NCBI GenBank assembly: GCA_964571725.1
Contig: CAZNDB010000003.1
Coordinates: 127,797-191,796 of the forward strand
DNA: 64,000 nucleotides
Reading direction: 5' to 3'
Source of the DNA: an uncultured Candidatus Peribacteria bacterium
GTDB taxonomy: Bacteria; Patescibacteriota; Gracilibacteria; UBA1369
Position 1 is the first letter of the stretch. Every line of letters begins with the position of its first letter. Below are positions 53,118-62,434 of the stretch, piece by piece. Under the pieces are notes generated by a model. The model saw only the letters and a list, made by a program, of their open reading frames with translations, searched no databases and was not told the DNA's origin. A program made the position numbers and the translations under genes.

Positions 53118-54302
53118 ATGCTCATTCTCGTAATCAATTCCGGTTCATCTTCCATCAAATTTAAAATTTTCCGGCAAACCGGCCTCAATTTCAGCTTAAA
53201 AGTTAAAGGAATGGCCGAAGCCATCGGTCTAAAAAATTCCCAGCTGGGCATTGCCTCCGACCGCGACGCCAAATTGATCAAACTGCCTCTGGAAAACCAT
53301 CTCCAGGCGCTCAAAGCCATTTTTGACCATCTCAAAAAATTCCAGTTTCTTACGGAAAAAGACCATATCGAGCTGATCGGCCACCGCATTGTGCATGGCG
53401 GAGAAAAATACATCAAACCGGTCAAAGTGACGCCCAAGATCTTAAGCGACATCAAAAAGCTTTCCGAACTGGCTCCTCTGCACAATCCCGCCCATATCGC
53501 CTGCATGGAGGCCTGCGTGAAAATTTTTCCCCATATTCCCCAGGTAGCCGCTTTCGACACATCCTTCCATTCCACCATGCCGAAAACAGCCTATCTGTAT
53601 GCCATCCCCACCGACCTCTATAAAAAATTCGGACTGCGCCGTTATGGATTTCACGGCATCAACAACGAATACGTCACCCGCGAAGCCACCCGCCTGCTCA
53701 AACAACGCCGTCAAAAATATCAGAAACTGATTTGCGTTCATCTGGGCAACGGCTGTTCCATGACCGCCATCAAAAACGGTAAAAGTATTGAAAACAGCAT
53801 GGGGTTCACACCTCTGGAAGGCCTGATGATGGGCACCCGGTCCGGAGACATCGACCCGGCCCTGCTGGAGGTTCTAAGCAATAAATTGAAAAAAGATCTC
53901 CACGAAACCACTGAGTTTTTAAACAAACAGTCGGGACTTCTGGGCATGAGCGGGCTCAGTTCGGACATGAGAACTATCCACGCCGCGGTCCAAAAGAAAA
54001 ATCCCCGGGCCATGCAGGCCCTGGACTCCTATTGCTACCGTATCGGCAAGTACCTGAACGCCTATATCGGTCTTTTGGGAGGAATTGATGCCATTATCAT
54101 GACCGGCGGAGTCGGCGAGAACGCCTGGTATGCCCGGGAGAAGATCTTCAGCTACACGGGACACCTGAACGTCACCCTGGACAAACAAAAAAACCGCAAA
54201 AATCAGACTTTCCTGGAAAACAAAAACAGCCGGGCCAAAATTATGATCATCCCGGCCAACGAGGAACTGGAAATTGCCCGACAGGCGGTCAAGTTAATTT
54301 AG
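53118..54302 (+). CDS. ackA: acetate kinase
   Basis: 394 aa. ILVINSGSSSIKFKIF, GHRIVHGG, AFDTSFH, YGFHGI and TGGVGEN. Confidence 0.95.
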   Translation: MLILVINSGSSSIKFKIFRQTGLNFSLKVKGMAEAIGLKNSQLGIASDRDAKLIKLPLENHLQALKAIFDHLKKFQFLTEKDHIELIGHRIVHGGEKYIKPVKVTPKILSDIKKLSELAPLHNPAHIACMEACVKIFPHIPQVAAFDTSFHSTMPKTAYLYAIPTDLYKKFGLRRYGFHGINNEYVTREATRLLKQRRQKYQKLICVHLGNGCSMTAIKNGKSIENSMGFTPLEGLMMGTRSGDIDPALLEVLSNKLKKDLHETTEFLNKQSGLLGMSGLSSDMRTIHAAVQKKNPRAMQALDSYCYRIGKYLNAYIGLLGGIDAIIMTGGVGENAWYAREKIFSYTGHLNVTLDKQKNRKNQTFLENKNSRAKIMIIPANEELEIARQAVKLI

Positions 54303-54314
54303 CCCCCCATTCTC

Positions 54315-55757
54315 ATGAAACTTTATACCAACACTTCAATTTACCGGGAAACTTTAAAATGCCTGGATCAGATTGAAGAAATTCTGAAAAACAAGCCCGC
54401 TTCCGCCATACTGGGCAGACTGGAAGTTGAAATGATCGATCTTTCCTCGGAGATGGCCGTGGCCCTGGAAGAGCCGGAAATCGAACAGGTGGATTATAAA
54501 TTGGGCTTGCTGGACACCCGTCTCATTAAAGCCGTACAGCTCTGCAATCTGGCCCACCAGCAACATCAGATCACCCAGGCCGAAAATGACAGTATCGAAA
54601 ATCTTTTGAATCTGCTCAAACAAAAAATCAAAATTTTCCCGCAAAAACGCAAGAACGTATTGATACTGAGTTCAATCATGGGACAGGGACACATGAGTGC
54701 CTCCAAAGCCATGGTACAAGGCATGGAGCACCTCTATGGACGCGATTATAACGTAGTTATTATTGATTTTTATGAAGTAATCGGCTCGCTTTTCAACAAA
54801 GCCACCATCAGAGCCTATGAGGGATCCACCAAATATCTGCCGGACGCCTATAAATATTTTTTCGAAGCTACCGACGCCAAATGGCCGATTAAATTCATCA
54901 ATCTGATCAATTACCCGCTGAACGCCACGCGCATCGAAAAACTTTTCAAATCCTACAATCCCCACATTATCATTTCCAATTATCCCATCTGGGAATACCT
55001 GGCTTCTCTGATCATCAAAAAGATGGGGAATATCAAATTTTTGAGTCTGGTTACCGATTCCATTTCCATTCATAACGCCTGGGCCACCGCCAATCCTGAC
55101 GCCCATATAGTGGCCAATTTCGAGACCGCCATTTCCATGAAAAAACTGGGCGTACAAGAAGATAAAATCCAGATTCTGGGCTTTCCCGTAAAACTTGAAC
55201 TGTCCACCCCCTCCAATCGCCGGGAATTTCTGGGAAGCCTCAACTTAAACCCAGATCTCTACACGATTATCCTCATGCCCACGACCGAAAAAACCAAGGC
55301 AACTGTTAAAATGATCAATGAAATCAGAAACGGAGTAAAAGACGTCAATCTGATTGTCATCTGCGGAAGAAATATGGAATTATATCCCAAACTGGAAGAA
55401 TTCGACCATCAGGAAAACACCCGCATCATCGGCTGGACCGACCAAATGCCGGAATTTATCAAAAACTCCGATTTAATAGTCACCAAAGCCGGCGGCGCTA
55501 CCGTCATGGAATGCATCGCCGCAAAAAAACCCATGATCATTACCCATGTAATTCCCGGACAGGAAATGGGCAACGCCGAACTGATCAAGATTCACGAGCT
55601 GGGTATCATTCAGAAAGAAGCCAAAATGAGCATTCCGGAATGCGTTGAATACATACGGAAAAACCAGAGCCGCATCCTGGAAAATCTCAGCCGCATCAGC
55701 AATCCTGATTCCAGTCTGAAGATCGCGCGCTACATTCACGACCAGATCGAGAACTAG
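54315..55757 (+). CDS. MGDG-synthase/UgtP-like diacylglycerol glycosyltransferase (GT28) with an N-terminal extension of about 105 aa
   Basis: 480 aa. VLILSSIMGQGHMSASKAM (MGDG_synth N-terminal motif) and a C-terminal TKAGGATVMECIAAKKPMI (GT28 C-terminal motif). Confidence 0.75.
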   Translation: MKLYTNTSIYRETLKCLDQIEEILKNKPASAILGRLEVEMIDLSSEMAVALEEPEIEQVDYKLGLLDTRLIKAVQLCNLAHQQHQITQAENDSIENLLNLLKQKIKIFPQKRKNVLILSSIMGQGHMSASKAMVQGMEHLYGRDYNVVIIDFYEVIGSLFNKATIRAYEGSTKYLPDAYKYFFEATDAKWPIKFINLINYPLNATRIEKLFKSYNPHIIISNYPIWEYLASLIIKKMGNIKFLSLVTDSISIHNAWATANPDAHIVANFETAISMKKLGVQEDKIQILGFPVKLELSTPSNRREFLGSLNLNPDLYTIILMPTTEKTKATVKMINEIRNGVKDVNLIVICGRNMELYPKLEEFDHQENTRIIGWTDQMPEFIKNSDLIVTKAGGATVMECIAAKKPMIITHVIPGQEMGNAELIKIHELGIIQKEAKMSIPECVEYIRKNQSRILENLSRISNPDSSLKIARYIHDQIEN

Positions 55758-55828
55758 AAAACCCCGCTATTTGGCCTTCCCACGATATTGCGCAGATTTT
55801 CTATGCGCCATTATTTCCTTCCCCAAAT

Positions 55829-57835
55829 CTATAGCATGGTCCTGTAAATCGACGTTCCTGTCAGCACATACATGGTGTTGGTATCTTTGTCGACATAGAA
55901 GTCCTTGATGTCTTCCAGGTCATCAAAAATATATTGTCCGGTATAAACCGCTCCTCCGGTTCTGTCGTCTTTATTATAGACCAAGACGCGATTCTCGGAC
56001 GGTTCCAGAACAAAAATCTGGGACATGTCGGCCTCGGTAAATATTTTGGTCGGAGAAATCAGACTCTTGACCGGTAATTTTTTAATCGGGAAATCTTCCT
56101 TGTTGCCCTGAAACAGCTTGGTGATGTAGCCATCCGATCCCAAAACGTATACATTGCCGTCAATCGCCAGATCAACCCCGTTTTCCAGGTCCACGCCATT
56201 GGCATAGGGCTGCGCAGCGTCAAACTTGTCCCGGCGGCGGGTATAACGCCAGATCTGATTTTCAGCCGCATCCAGAACGTAGATTTTGTTGCTGTAGGCA
56301 TCAATTACTTTACCCTTTTTAAAATTCTCGTCGGTAGTCTGCAAAAAGCTCATCCGGTCATCCTTATATTCAATCAGTTTTCCCGATTCGGTAAAAAACA
56401 GAACGGAATCCTGATCATCGTAATTCACCGCGGAAATTACCTTTTCGTTATCGTCAATGGTCAAAGGATCCGCCACCTTGTCCAGCATCACCGGATAAAG
56501 GGCATTATATTCATAAGCATACAACTTGTCCTTCAGATTGATTAACCCAAGGGCACTGACGTTAGCGCGTTTCTGGCTCAAATCAGCCATTAATTCAACT
56601 TTTGGATGCATCACTCCGTCCAGTTTATCCCTGGTTTCCAGAATCAGATCCAGCAAATCCCTGGCCTTGGATTTATGATAACCGCTGTTGAGTACTTCAA
56701 TAGCGCTTTGTTCAGCCTCCGTCAGCATTTCCCCCGCTCTTTCCTTATCAAACTGACCGGTGGTGATGGCCGAATTGATCTGCTCGCGAATCTGTACCAG
56801 ATTATCAGCCAAAGTCTGAATTTTCTGATCTTCATCAGCCTTTGAACGCAGCCACCAGACGCCTAAAGTCAGAATCAATACCAGTACAATTATGGAAATC
56901 AAAATTTTATCCTTGCCCCAGTTGCTGAAAGACCACGGGTTGCCGGGTTCTCCCCTTCTGACTCCCCTGTCGTCCCTGCTCAGATCCGAGACCTTGTTTT
57001 TTACTCTGGAAACCGTCGTGCCCAGAAATTTCGTGAATTTGTCCACCGACAGTTTGGCCCTGGCGGATTGTGATTCGGGACGGTTAATTTCTTCGGAAAC
57101 ATCCTGAAACCCCTCTTCACGATTATGCGCGGCAGTCACTTCTCCAGGCATCTCACCCGCCACCGGAGCGGAAACCTTGGCCTGGCTGGCCTGTATGGCT
57201 ATTAAACCGATTTTACTCATCACTTCACCGTGCAGAAAGTCCCGTATTGAAACCACCGTATGCTGCAGATTACCGCTGACATGCTTGGACAAATCATTCT
57301 TGGACACATAGCGGAGCAGTCTGGTGGTACTGATCAGCACAAAATCACCCGGCTCCAGATCGCCCGAGGCAATATTGGTAAATACATCCTTACTTTCGGC
57401 ATCTTCCAGATCATCACTGATGGTGGTGGCCAGTCTTTTGCGGACCAGATAAGCCTCGGCTTCACCGGTCTGAGTCAAATAAAGCTGATCACCGACAACT
57501 GCCGCTATTATAATATTTAATTTTCCCAGCCAGTCGTTATCTCTTTCTTTTTTGTAATCATTGAGAGCCCGGTTAACCTCCTTCAGGGCTTCTTCAAACC
57601 TTTCGTAACCGTCCACCTCACTGTCGGCAAAAAACACCCTGCGCATCCGGTCAAAAATTATCTCCCCGATCTTGTCCGGATCAATATTATTCTGGACAAT
57701 CTCCAGACAAACATAGACCTTTCCGCTATGTTCGCCTCCTTCTCCCAGATCATAGGCATAATTTTCAACGAAGCTGCCTTCATCGCTTCCGACAAATAAA
57801 AAATCGTATTGGGTTTTTAACTGCTGAGTAGCCAT
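55829..57835 (-). CDS. membrane protein with N-terminal PP2C-like domain, single TM and C-terminal beta-propeller-like domain
   Basis: 668 aa. The N-terminal 200 aa resemble a PPM fold (IIAAVVGDQLYLTQTGEAEAYLVR...GDFVLISTTRLLRYV). TM is ILISIIVLVLILTLGVWWL. The C-terminal 300 aa have repeated blades ending in motifs like YVLD/YVLG/FVLE. Confidence 0.5.
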   Translation of the reverse strand: MATQQLKTQYDFLFVGSDEGSFVENYAYDLGEGGEHSGKVYVCLEIVQNNIDPDKIGEIIFDRMRRVFFADSEVDGYERFEEALKEVNRALNDYKKERDNDWLGKLNIIIAAVVGDQLYLTQTGEAEAYLVRKRLATTISDDLEDAESKDVFTNIASGDLEPGDFVLISTTRLLRYVSKNDLSKHVSGNLQHTVVSIRDFLHGEVMSKIGLIAIQASQAKVSAPVAGEMPGEVTAAHNREEGFQDVSEEINRPESQSARAKLSVDKFTKFLGTTVSRVKNKVSDLSRDDRGVRRGEPGNPWSFSNWGKDKILISIIVLVLILTLGVWWLRSKADEDQKIQTLADNLVQIREQINSAITTGQFDKERAGEMLTEAEQSAIEVLNSGYHKSKARDLLDLILETRDKLDGVMHPKVELMADLSQKRANVSALGLINLKDKLYAYEYNALYPVMLDKVADPLTIDDNEKVISAVNYDDQDSVLFFTESGKLIEYKDDRMSFLQTTDENFKKGKVIDAYSNKIYVLDAAENQIWRYTRRRDKFDAAQPYANGVDLENGVDLAIDGNVYVLGSDGYITKLFQGNKEDFPIKKLPVKSLISPTKIFTEADMSQIFVLEPSENRVLVYNKDDRTGGAVYTGQYIFDDLEDIKDFYVDKDTNTMYVLTGTSIYRTML

Positions 57836-57900
57836 TGTTGTTTATCTTTATTATTATTTTGTTTCCGTTTGGGCAGCCAGATTTTAACATGAAAATATAA

Positions 57901-57929
57901 TTGACACAAAATTAACTTAAAGTTATCTT
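57901..57929 (+). promoter_or_regulatory. promoter TTGACA-17-TATCTT for the rpmH operon
   Basis: Consensus -35, 17-nt spacer, 4/6 match in the -10. ATG at 57956. Confidence 0.5.
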
Positions 57930-57955
57930 CTGCTAGCTTATTTACCATTTTGTTC

Positions 57956-58096
57956 ATGCCAATATCCAAACTCCAGAAAAGAAAACATCTAAAAATGCAC
58001 GGATTCCGTGCCAGAATGAAAACGGCAGGAGGCCGAAAAGTACTGGCCGCCCGCAGAAACAAGGGAAGAAAACAGTTGACCGTCAGTGACAAATAA
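57956..58096 (+). CDS. rpmH: 50S ribosomal protein L34
   Basis: 46-aa ORF, below the track cutoff: [53 protein letters not shown]...GR.VL..RR.KGRK.LTV is the L34 signature. Canonical position upstream of rnpA. Confidence 0.93.
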   Translation: MPISKLQKRKHLKMHGFRARMKTAGGRKVLAARRNKGRKQLTVSDK

Positions 58097-58129
58097 AACT
58101 CGAAGCAAAAGCATCGTTGACCATTTTTA

Positions 58130-58468
58130 ATGCTCAAAAAAAATCAACGTATTTCCAAAAATCAAGTTTCCTGGCTGCAAAAGAAAGGCTACAGATTCTC
58201 CAACGAGTTTTTTTCCGTTAAATTTCTGCTAAACAAAGAGACTTTTTGCCGCTATAGTGTTGTAGTCAGTAAAAAGACCTTAAATCTGGCTGTTGACCGC
58301 AATTTGCTCAGAAGACAGCTTTATGAAATTATCCGCGGAAATCCAGAACCAAATCAGCATCTGGACTATCTGATCACCGTTAAACCGGCTTTGACCGCGC
58401 TCACCTTCACCGACAAAAAACTTCAACTGCTAAACACCCTCCGGCAGATTTCCTCAAAATATAATTAA
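58130..58468 (+). CDS. rnpA: ribonuclease P protein component
   Basis: 112 aa basic protein located between rpmH and yidC. Contains LAVDRNLLRRQLYEI (RNR-motif region). Confidence 0.85.
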   Translation: MLKKNQRISKNQVSWLQKKGYRFSNEFFSVKFLLNKETFCRYSVVVSKKTLNLAVDRNLLRRQLYEIIRGNPEPNQHLDYLITVKPALTALTFTDKKLQLLNTLRQISSKYN

Positions 58469-58471
58469 TAT

Positions 58472-59833
58472 ATGGACAGCAAAGCTTTAAAAAACATCCT
58501 GAGCCAGGCCCTGACCTTTCTGATCATCTTTTTGATCGTAAACTTCATCTATAATCAGTTTTTCAACAAAGCCGAACCGCCCAAAACCGGCCTGCAATTC
58601 TTTGTGGAACAAAACCAGATCAGCCAAAATGACCAGGTAATCGCCCATCTGGAAAACTTTACCAACGAGGACGTTATCCTGAAAACCCGTTGTCCGGAGC
58701 CAGCCTTTCTGGTCGAAAAACAGGAAAACGGCCAATGGATTAATAAAACCGCCACCGCCCAAATCGACTGCGCCGCTCACCCCGACATCACGCTAAAACC
58801 CGGGGAAAAACTGCCCTACAGCTTCAAAAGCTGGAATCACGAATTGTTCTGGACTCTGGGAAACTACCGTCTAAAAGCCCAGATCGGCGATCAAACACTG
58901 GAATCAAACCAGTTTGAAATCGTCAACATGTCTTTCTTCGGCTGGATCTGGAACACCATTATCTATCAACCGATCTATAACGCCCTGATTTTCTTTGTCA
59001 GCATTATCCCCGGCCACAACCTGGGCTGGGCCATCATTCTGCTGACCATTTTGATCAGAACCATCCTGCTTATCCCCAACCAGAAAGCCCTCAAATCCCA
59101 GAAAAAACTGCAGGCGCTGCAACCCAAAATCGCCGAACTGAAAACCAAACACGGCAATGACCAGCAAAAAATTGCCGCCGAAACCCTGGCTTTATATAAA
59201 GAACACAAAGCCAGCCCTTTTGGCAGTTGCCTGCCCCTGCTGATCCAGCTGCCGATACTGATCGGACTTTTCAACGTCATCCAGACCGGCATGGACCCCG
59301 GCAGCAATTATCTGCTTTACGAACCGTTAAAGGCTTTTGACTTAAGCAAAGTACAAACCAACTTTTTGGGTCTGTTGGATCTGACTAAAATCGATTTCAT
59401 CGTTCTACCTGTCCTGGTGGGACTGTTACAATATCTGCAATTGAAACTGAGTCTGGGAAAAACCCAAAAGACAGAAAAAAAGGCCGGTTCGGAAATGGAA
59501 ATGGCCAACCGCACCATGACTATCATCATGCCTTTCATGGTTGCTTTCTTCACCGCTTCGGTACCTTCGGGAGTAGGTCTCTACTGGGCATTTTCCACTA
59601 TTTACGGCATAGGACAACAGGTAATTGTCAACCGTGCTCACGACCAAACTGAAACCAAAATCCAGGTTGCCCCCGCCCGCAATAAAGAAAAGAAACAGCT
59701 CTATAAAGAATTGGCCGAACAGAGAAAAACTGAAAAAAATCCCGTCATCGGCAACGACGACGACCAACCTCCGGCCTCCGATAACGGGGATAGCAGCAAT
59801 GGCAAGCCCCCCATCACTACCATAAAAATCTAA
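58472..59833 (+). CDS. yidC: membrane protein insertase YidC
   Basis: 453 aa. N-terminal TM plus an extracytoplasmic domain, then the 60-kDa insertase core GWAIILLTILIRTILLIPNQKALKSQKKLQALQPKIAELK...PFGSCLPLLIQLPILIGLF. Confidence 0.92.
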   Translation: MDSKALKNILSQALTFLIIFLIVNFIYNQFFNKAEPPKTGLQFFVEQNQISQNDQVIAHLENFTNEDVILKTRCPEPAFLVEKQENGQWINKTATAQIDCAAHPDITLKPGEKLPYSFKSWNHELFWTLGNYRLKAQIGDQTLESNQFEIVNMSFFGWIWNTIIYQPIYNALIFFVSIIPGHNLGWAIILLTILIRTILLIPNQKALKSQKKLQALQPKIAELKTKHGNDQQKIAAETLALYKEHKASPFGSCLPLLIQLPILIGLFNVIQTGMDPGSNYLLYEPLKAFDLSKVQTNFLGLLDLTKIDFIVLPVLVGLLQYLQLKLSLGKTQKTEKKAGSEMEMANRTMTIIMPFMVAFFTASVPSGVGLYWAFSTIYGIGQQVIVNRAHDQTETKIQVAPARNKEKKQLYKELAEQRKTEKNPVIGNDDDQPPASDNGDSSNGKPPITTIKI

Positions 59834-59854
59834 ATCCCATAATTTATTTTTCCT

Positions 59855-60328
59855 ATGGAAAATAAAATTCACCGGCACCTGGAAACCCTCCTGGAAAAAA
59901 TCGGCGTAAGCATCAATAAAATACGTATTGAAACACCCGAAGAAAACAGCTTCAAAATCAATATTGAAACCTCCCATCCCAACCTGATGATCGGACATCA
60001 CGGCGAGAACATCGGCGCCGTCCAACATTTGCTGAAATTATTGCTCTGGGCGGATCTTGATAAAGAAGATACTCCCAGACCGGAAATCAGTCTGGACATC
60101 GAAAACTACCGCAGACGCCAGGAACAGCACATCATACAGCTGGCCGAGCGAAAAGTGGAAATGGTCAGACAACTTTCTTCGCCTCAAAGTCTTCCCGCCA
60201 TGGCCCCCTATTTCCGCCGGGTTGTGCATCTGCATCTCGCCCAGGAAAAATTCAATGACGTCAAAACGGAAAGCCAGGGACAGGGCGAATATCGCTTTAT
60301 CGTGATCAAACCTGAAATTACCATTTAA
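59855..60328 (+). CDS. jag: Jag-like KH/R3H RNA-binding protein
   Basis: 157 aa. KH GxxG (IGHHGENIGAVQHL) and R3H (YFRRVVHLHL). Position is after yidC. Confidence 0.8.
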   Translation: MENKIHRHLETLLEKIGVSINKIRIETPEENSFKINIETSHPNLMIGHHGENIGAVQHLLKLLLWADLDKEDTPRPEISLDIENYRRRQEQHIIQLAERKVEMVRQLSSPQSLPAMAPYFRRVVHLHLAQEKFNDVKTESQGQGEYRFIVIKPEITI

Positions 60329-60336
60329 TAAACCAT

Positions 60337-61338
60337 ATGTTAACCGGCTTGAGCAGAACTTCATTCAGCGCTTCCCTTTGCGTTATTACTTGTTTTAGCA
60401 TCGTCACTGCCTCCCTCGCCCTCGCGCAGGAAACACCGGCTGAAGCCACCGACCTTTTCCCCGACCTGCCGGTGGGCAGTCAGTATTACAGTGGAGTCAA
60501 ATATCTGAAAGACCTGGGACTGATCCAGGGATATCCCGACGGCACCTTCAAACCAAATCAGCAAATCAATCGTGCCGAAGCCCTGAAAATTCTGGTTGGC
60601 GCGATAAAATTTGAAAAATTCAGTAGCGCTGAAAAACCGATTGCCAGTCAGGAAGCCACCCCCGACATAGACGTAACCAAGTGCCCCTTTCCCGATCTGG
60701 ACCCGACTGCCTGGTACCACCATTACGTCTGTGAAGCTTACCAGAACGGCGTAGTCTCGGGCTATCCCGACGGGACTTTCAAACCGGAACAGACTATCAA
60801 CAAAGTGGAAGCCCTGAAAATGACAATTTTACAGGGAGGAATTTCCACCCAAACCGCCTACACCGATAACTTTGATGACATTTCCCCCTCCGACTGGTTT
60901 TGGGACTATGCCCGCATTGCCGATGAAAAAAGCTTTATCGTGGCAGACCGACAGGGAAAACTTAACCCGGCCGAAACGCTGAACCGTGGAGATTTCTCCA
61001 TGCTGGTCTACCGTACCATCCGGGCAATGCAGGATCACTCCGAATTCGGGAGGGCAACTTTTTACGCCGGACGTTTCGACGGACAGGGCACTGCCAACGG
61101 GGAAATCTTTCTCAACTCCCGGATGACCGCCGCCCACAAAACACTGCCTTTCAACACTATCGTCCGCGTCACCAATCTCGCCAACGGTAAACAGGTGGAT
61201 GTCCGCATCAATGACCGCGGCCCCTACGTCAACGGAACCATCATCGATTTGAGCACCAGTGCTTTTCAGGCCATCGCCTCTTTATCAACCGGTGTAATTC
61301 ACAGTGAAGTTCAAATTATCGCTCCCGCGACACCCTGA
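60337..61338 (+). CDS. SLH-domain-anchored RlpA-like (double-psi beta-barrel) lytic transglycosylase
   Basis: 333 aa. Signal peptide, three SLH repeats (e.g. GYPDGTFKPNQQINRAEALKILV, GYPDGTFKPEQTINKVEALKM), and a C-terminal GRATFYAGRFDGQGTANGE...VRVTNLANGKQVDVRINDRGPY. Confidence 0.85.
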   Translation: MLTGLSRTSFSASLCVITCFSIVTASLALAQETPAEATDLFPDLPVGSQYYSGVKYLKDLGLIQGYPDGTFKPNQQINRAEALKILVGAIKFEKFSSAEKPIASQEATPDIDVTKCPFPDLDPTAWYHHYVCEAYQNGVVSGYPDGTFKPEQTINKVEALKMTILQGGISTQTAYTDNFDDISPSDWFWDYARIADEKSFIVADRQGKLNPAETLNRGDFSMLVYRTIRAMQDHSEFGRATFYAGRFDGQGTANGEIFLNSRMTAAHKTLPFNTIVRVTNLANGKQVDVRINDRGPYVNGTIIDLSTSAFQAIASLSTGVIHSEVQIIAPATP

Positions 61339-61372
61339 TCTCCTTTTGCGCCCCTAAGTAATCCGCGTTACC

Positions 61373-61708
61373 ATGGCCCACGAAGATATTATCAATAAAC
61401 GAGGGAAAAACATCCCGGTACGAACTCCTTTTTCCCAGGAACTCAAAAAAAGCATCTTTATGCTTATTTTTACGCTGCTTGCCATTATCGTTCTGGTCAG
61501 TATTGTCTATCTGCTAAATTCCAGTCAGACCACCCAAAAGGGCTATGCCCTGAAACAGCAACAGCTGGAAAAGGATCAATTGAACGAAGAAAGTCACGAC
61601 TTGGTCAGAAAAATTATTCAGGCCCAGTCTTTCAAAAACATTCAGAACAACCCGCTGGTACAAAATATGATCAAACCTGAAAAACCCGTTTATCTGGAAG
61701 AAAAATAG
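61373..61708 (+). CDS. bitopic membrane protein with coiled coil (FtsL/DivIC-like architecture)
   Basis: 111 aa. TM is IFMLIFTLLAIIVLVSIVYLL, followed by a short coiled coil. Function is inferred from architecture only. Confidence 0.4.
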   Translation: MAHEDIINKRGKNIPVRTPFSQELKKSIFMLIFTLLAIIVLVSIVYLLNSSQTTQKGYALKQQQLEKDQLNEESHDLVRKIIQAQSFKNIQNNPLVQNMIKPEKPVYLEEK

Positions 61709-61720
61709 CCGGAAATTGGT

Positions 61721-61748
61721 TTGACTTAAAAAAAGATCACAATATAAT
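61721..61748 (+). promoter_or_regulatory. near-consensus promoter TTGACT-16-TATAAT for tRNA-Glu
   Basis: Hexamers read directly. The tRNA starts about 37 nt downstream of the -10. Confidence 0.65.
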
Positions 61749-61785
61749 AAACCTGCTCCGGACTAATCCGGTGCCGGTTCTTTAA

Positions 61786-61860
61786 GGCGATATCGTCTAG
61801 TGGTTAGGACGGAAGGTTTTCAACCTTTAAACCGGGGTTCAATTCCCCGTATCGCTACCA
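61786..61860 (+). tRNA. tRNA-Glu (anticodon TTC), CCA encoded
   Basis: Manual cloverleaf: acceptor GGCGATA/TATCGCT (G1:U72), D stem GTCT/GGAC, anticodon stem GAAGG/CCTTT, loop TTTTCAA, T stem CGGGG/CCCCG, T loop TTCAATT. 75 nt. Confidence 0.93.
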
Positions 61861-61878
61861 ATTATTTCCCAGACCGGA

Positions 61879-62292
61879 TCATCCATCCTCTCCCCCTTCC
61901 AGGGAATCATCATCTTCTTCCACCTGGGCCGTTTTCGCAACGCTTCCGGCAGTTTTATCAACAATTCCCTCCGGAGAACGCACATTATCGGTCATATAAC
62001 CAATTGTTACGGCCAGCCTGTCAGCGCACAATCCTGCCATACCTACTACCTGCTGAAGATAAGCAAGTTTGGCTGTAACAGCCTTTTCACTAAAAGCAGG
62101 CTGACTCATCAATTTAATCAGCTTTTCAAAGAGAATGTCCAAAGCATTATTAGCCATCTCCACACTTTCCGTACTGGGCAACTTGCATATCAGATCATTC
62201 AGTTCCTGCACCTGCTCCACCCGCGCATTCAAATCAGCCGCTTGCTCAACCTCCAACTCATTTTGGTCTTTCAACAGCTCTTTTGATGACAT
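61879..62292 (-). CDS. hypothetical acidic coiled-coil protein
   Basis: 137-aa ORF. No TM or motif. Acidic C-terminus (EEDDDSLEGGEDG). Confidence 0.45.
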   Translation of the reverse strand: MSSKELLKDQNELEVEQAADLNARVEQVQELNDLICKLPSTESVEMANNALDILFEKLIKLMSQPAFSEKAVTAKLAYLQQVVGMAGLCADRLAVTIGYMTDNVRSPEGIVDKTAGSVAKTAQVEEDDDSLEGGEDG

Positions 62293-62434
62293 AATTGATA
62301 ATTAAATAATTAGTCAAGAGTAAATTATAACACAAGCTTGGTATATAAACAAGTTGATTTAAAGCTTAGAATTCCGGGAAAATTGACAAAACTTCTGTTA
62401 ATTAGCAAAATAAACTACCAGTCAAATAAAATTT

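Noticed and set aside
57836-57955. Possible replication origin, because rpmH-rnpA-yidC-jag usually neighbours dnaA/oriC
   Set aside because: dnaA is not adjacent; a PP2C-like membrane protein gene is divergent instead. The 120-nt spacer contains a promoter but no TTATCCACA-type DnaA boxes or AT-rich 13-mer cluster that I could see. I could not compute GC skew.
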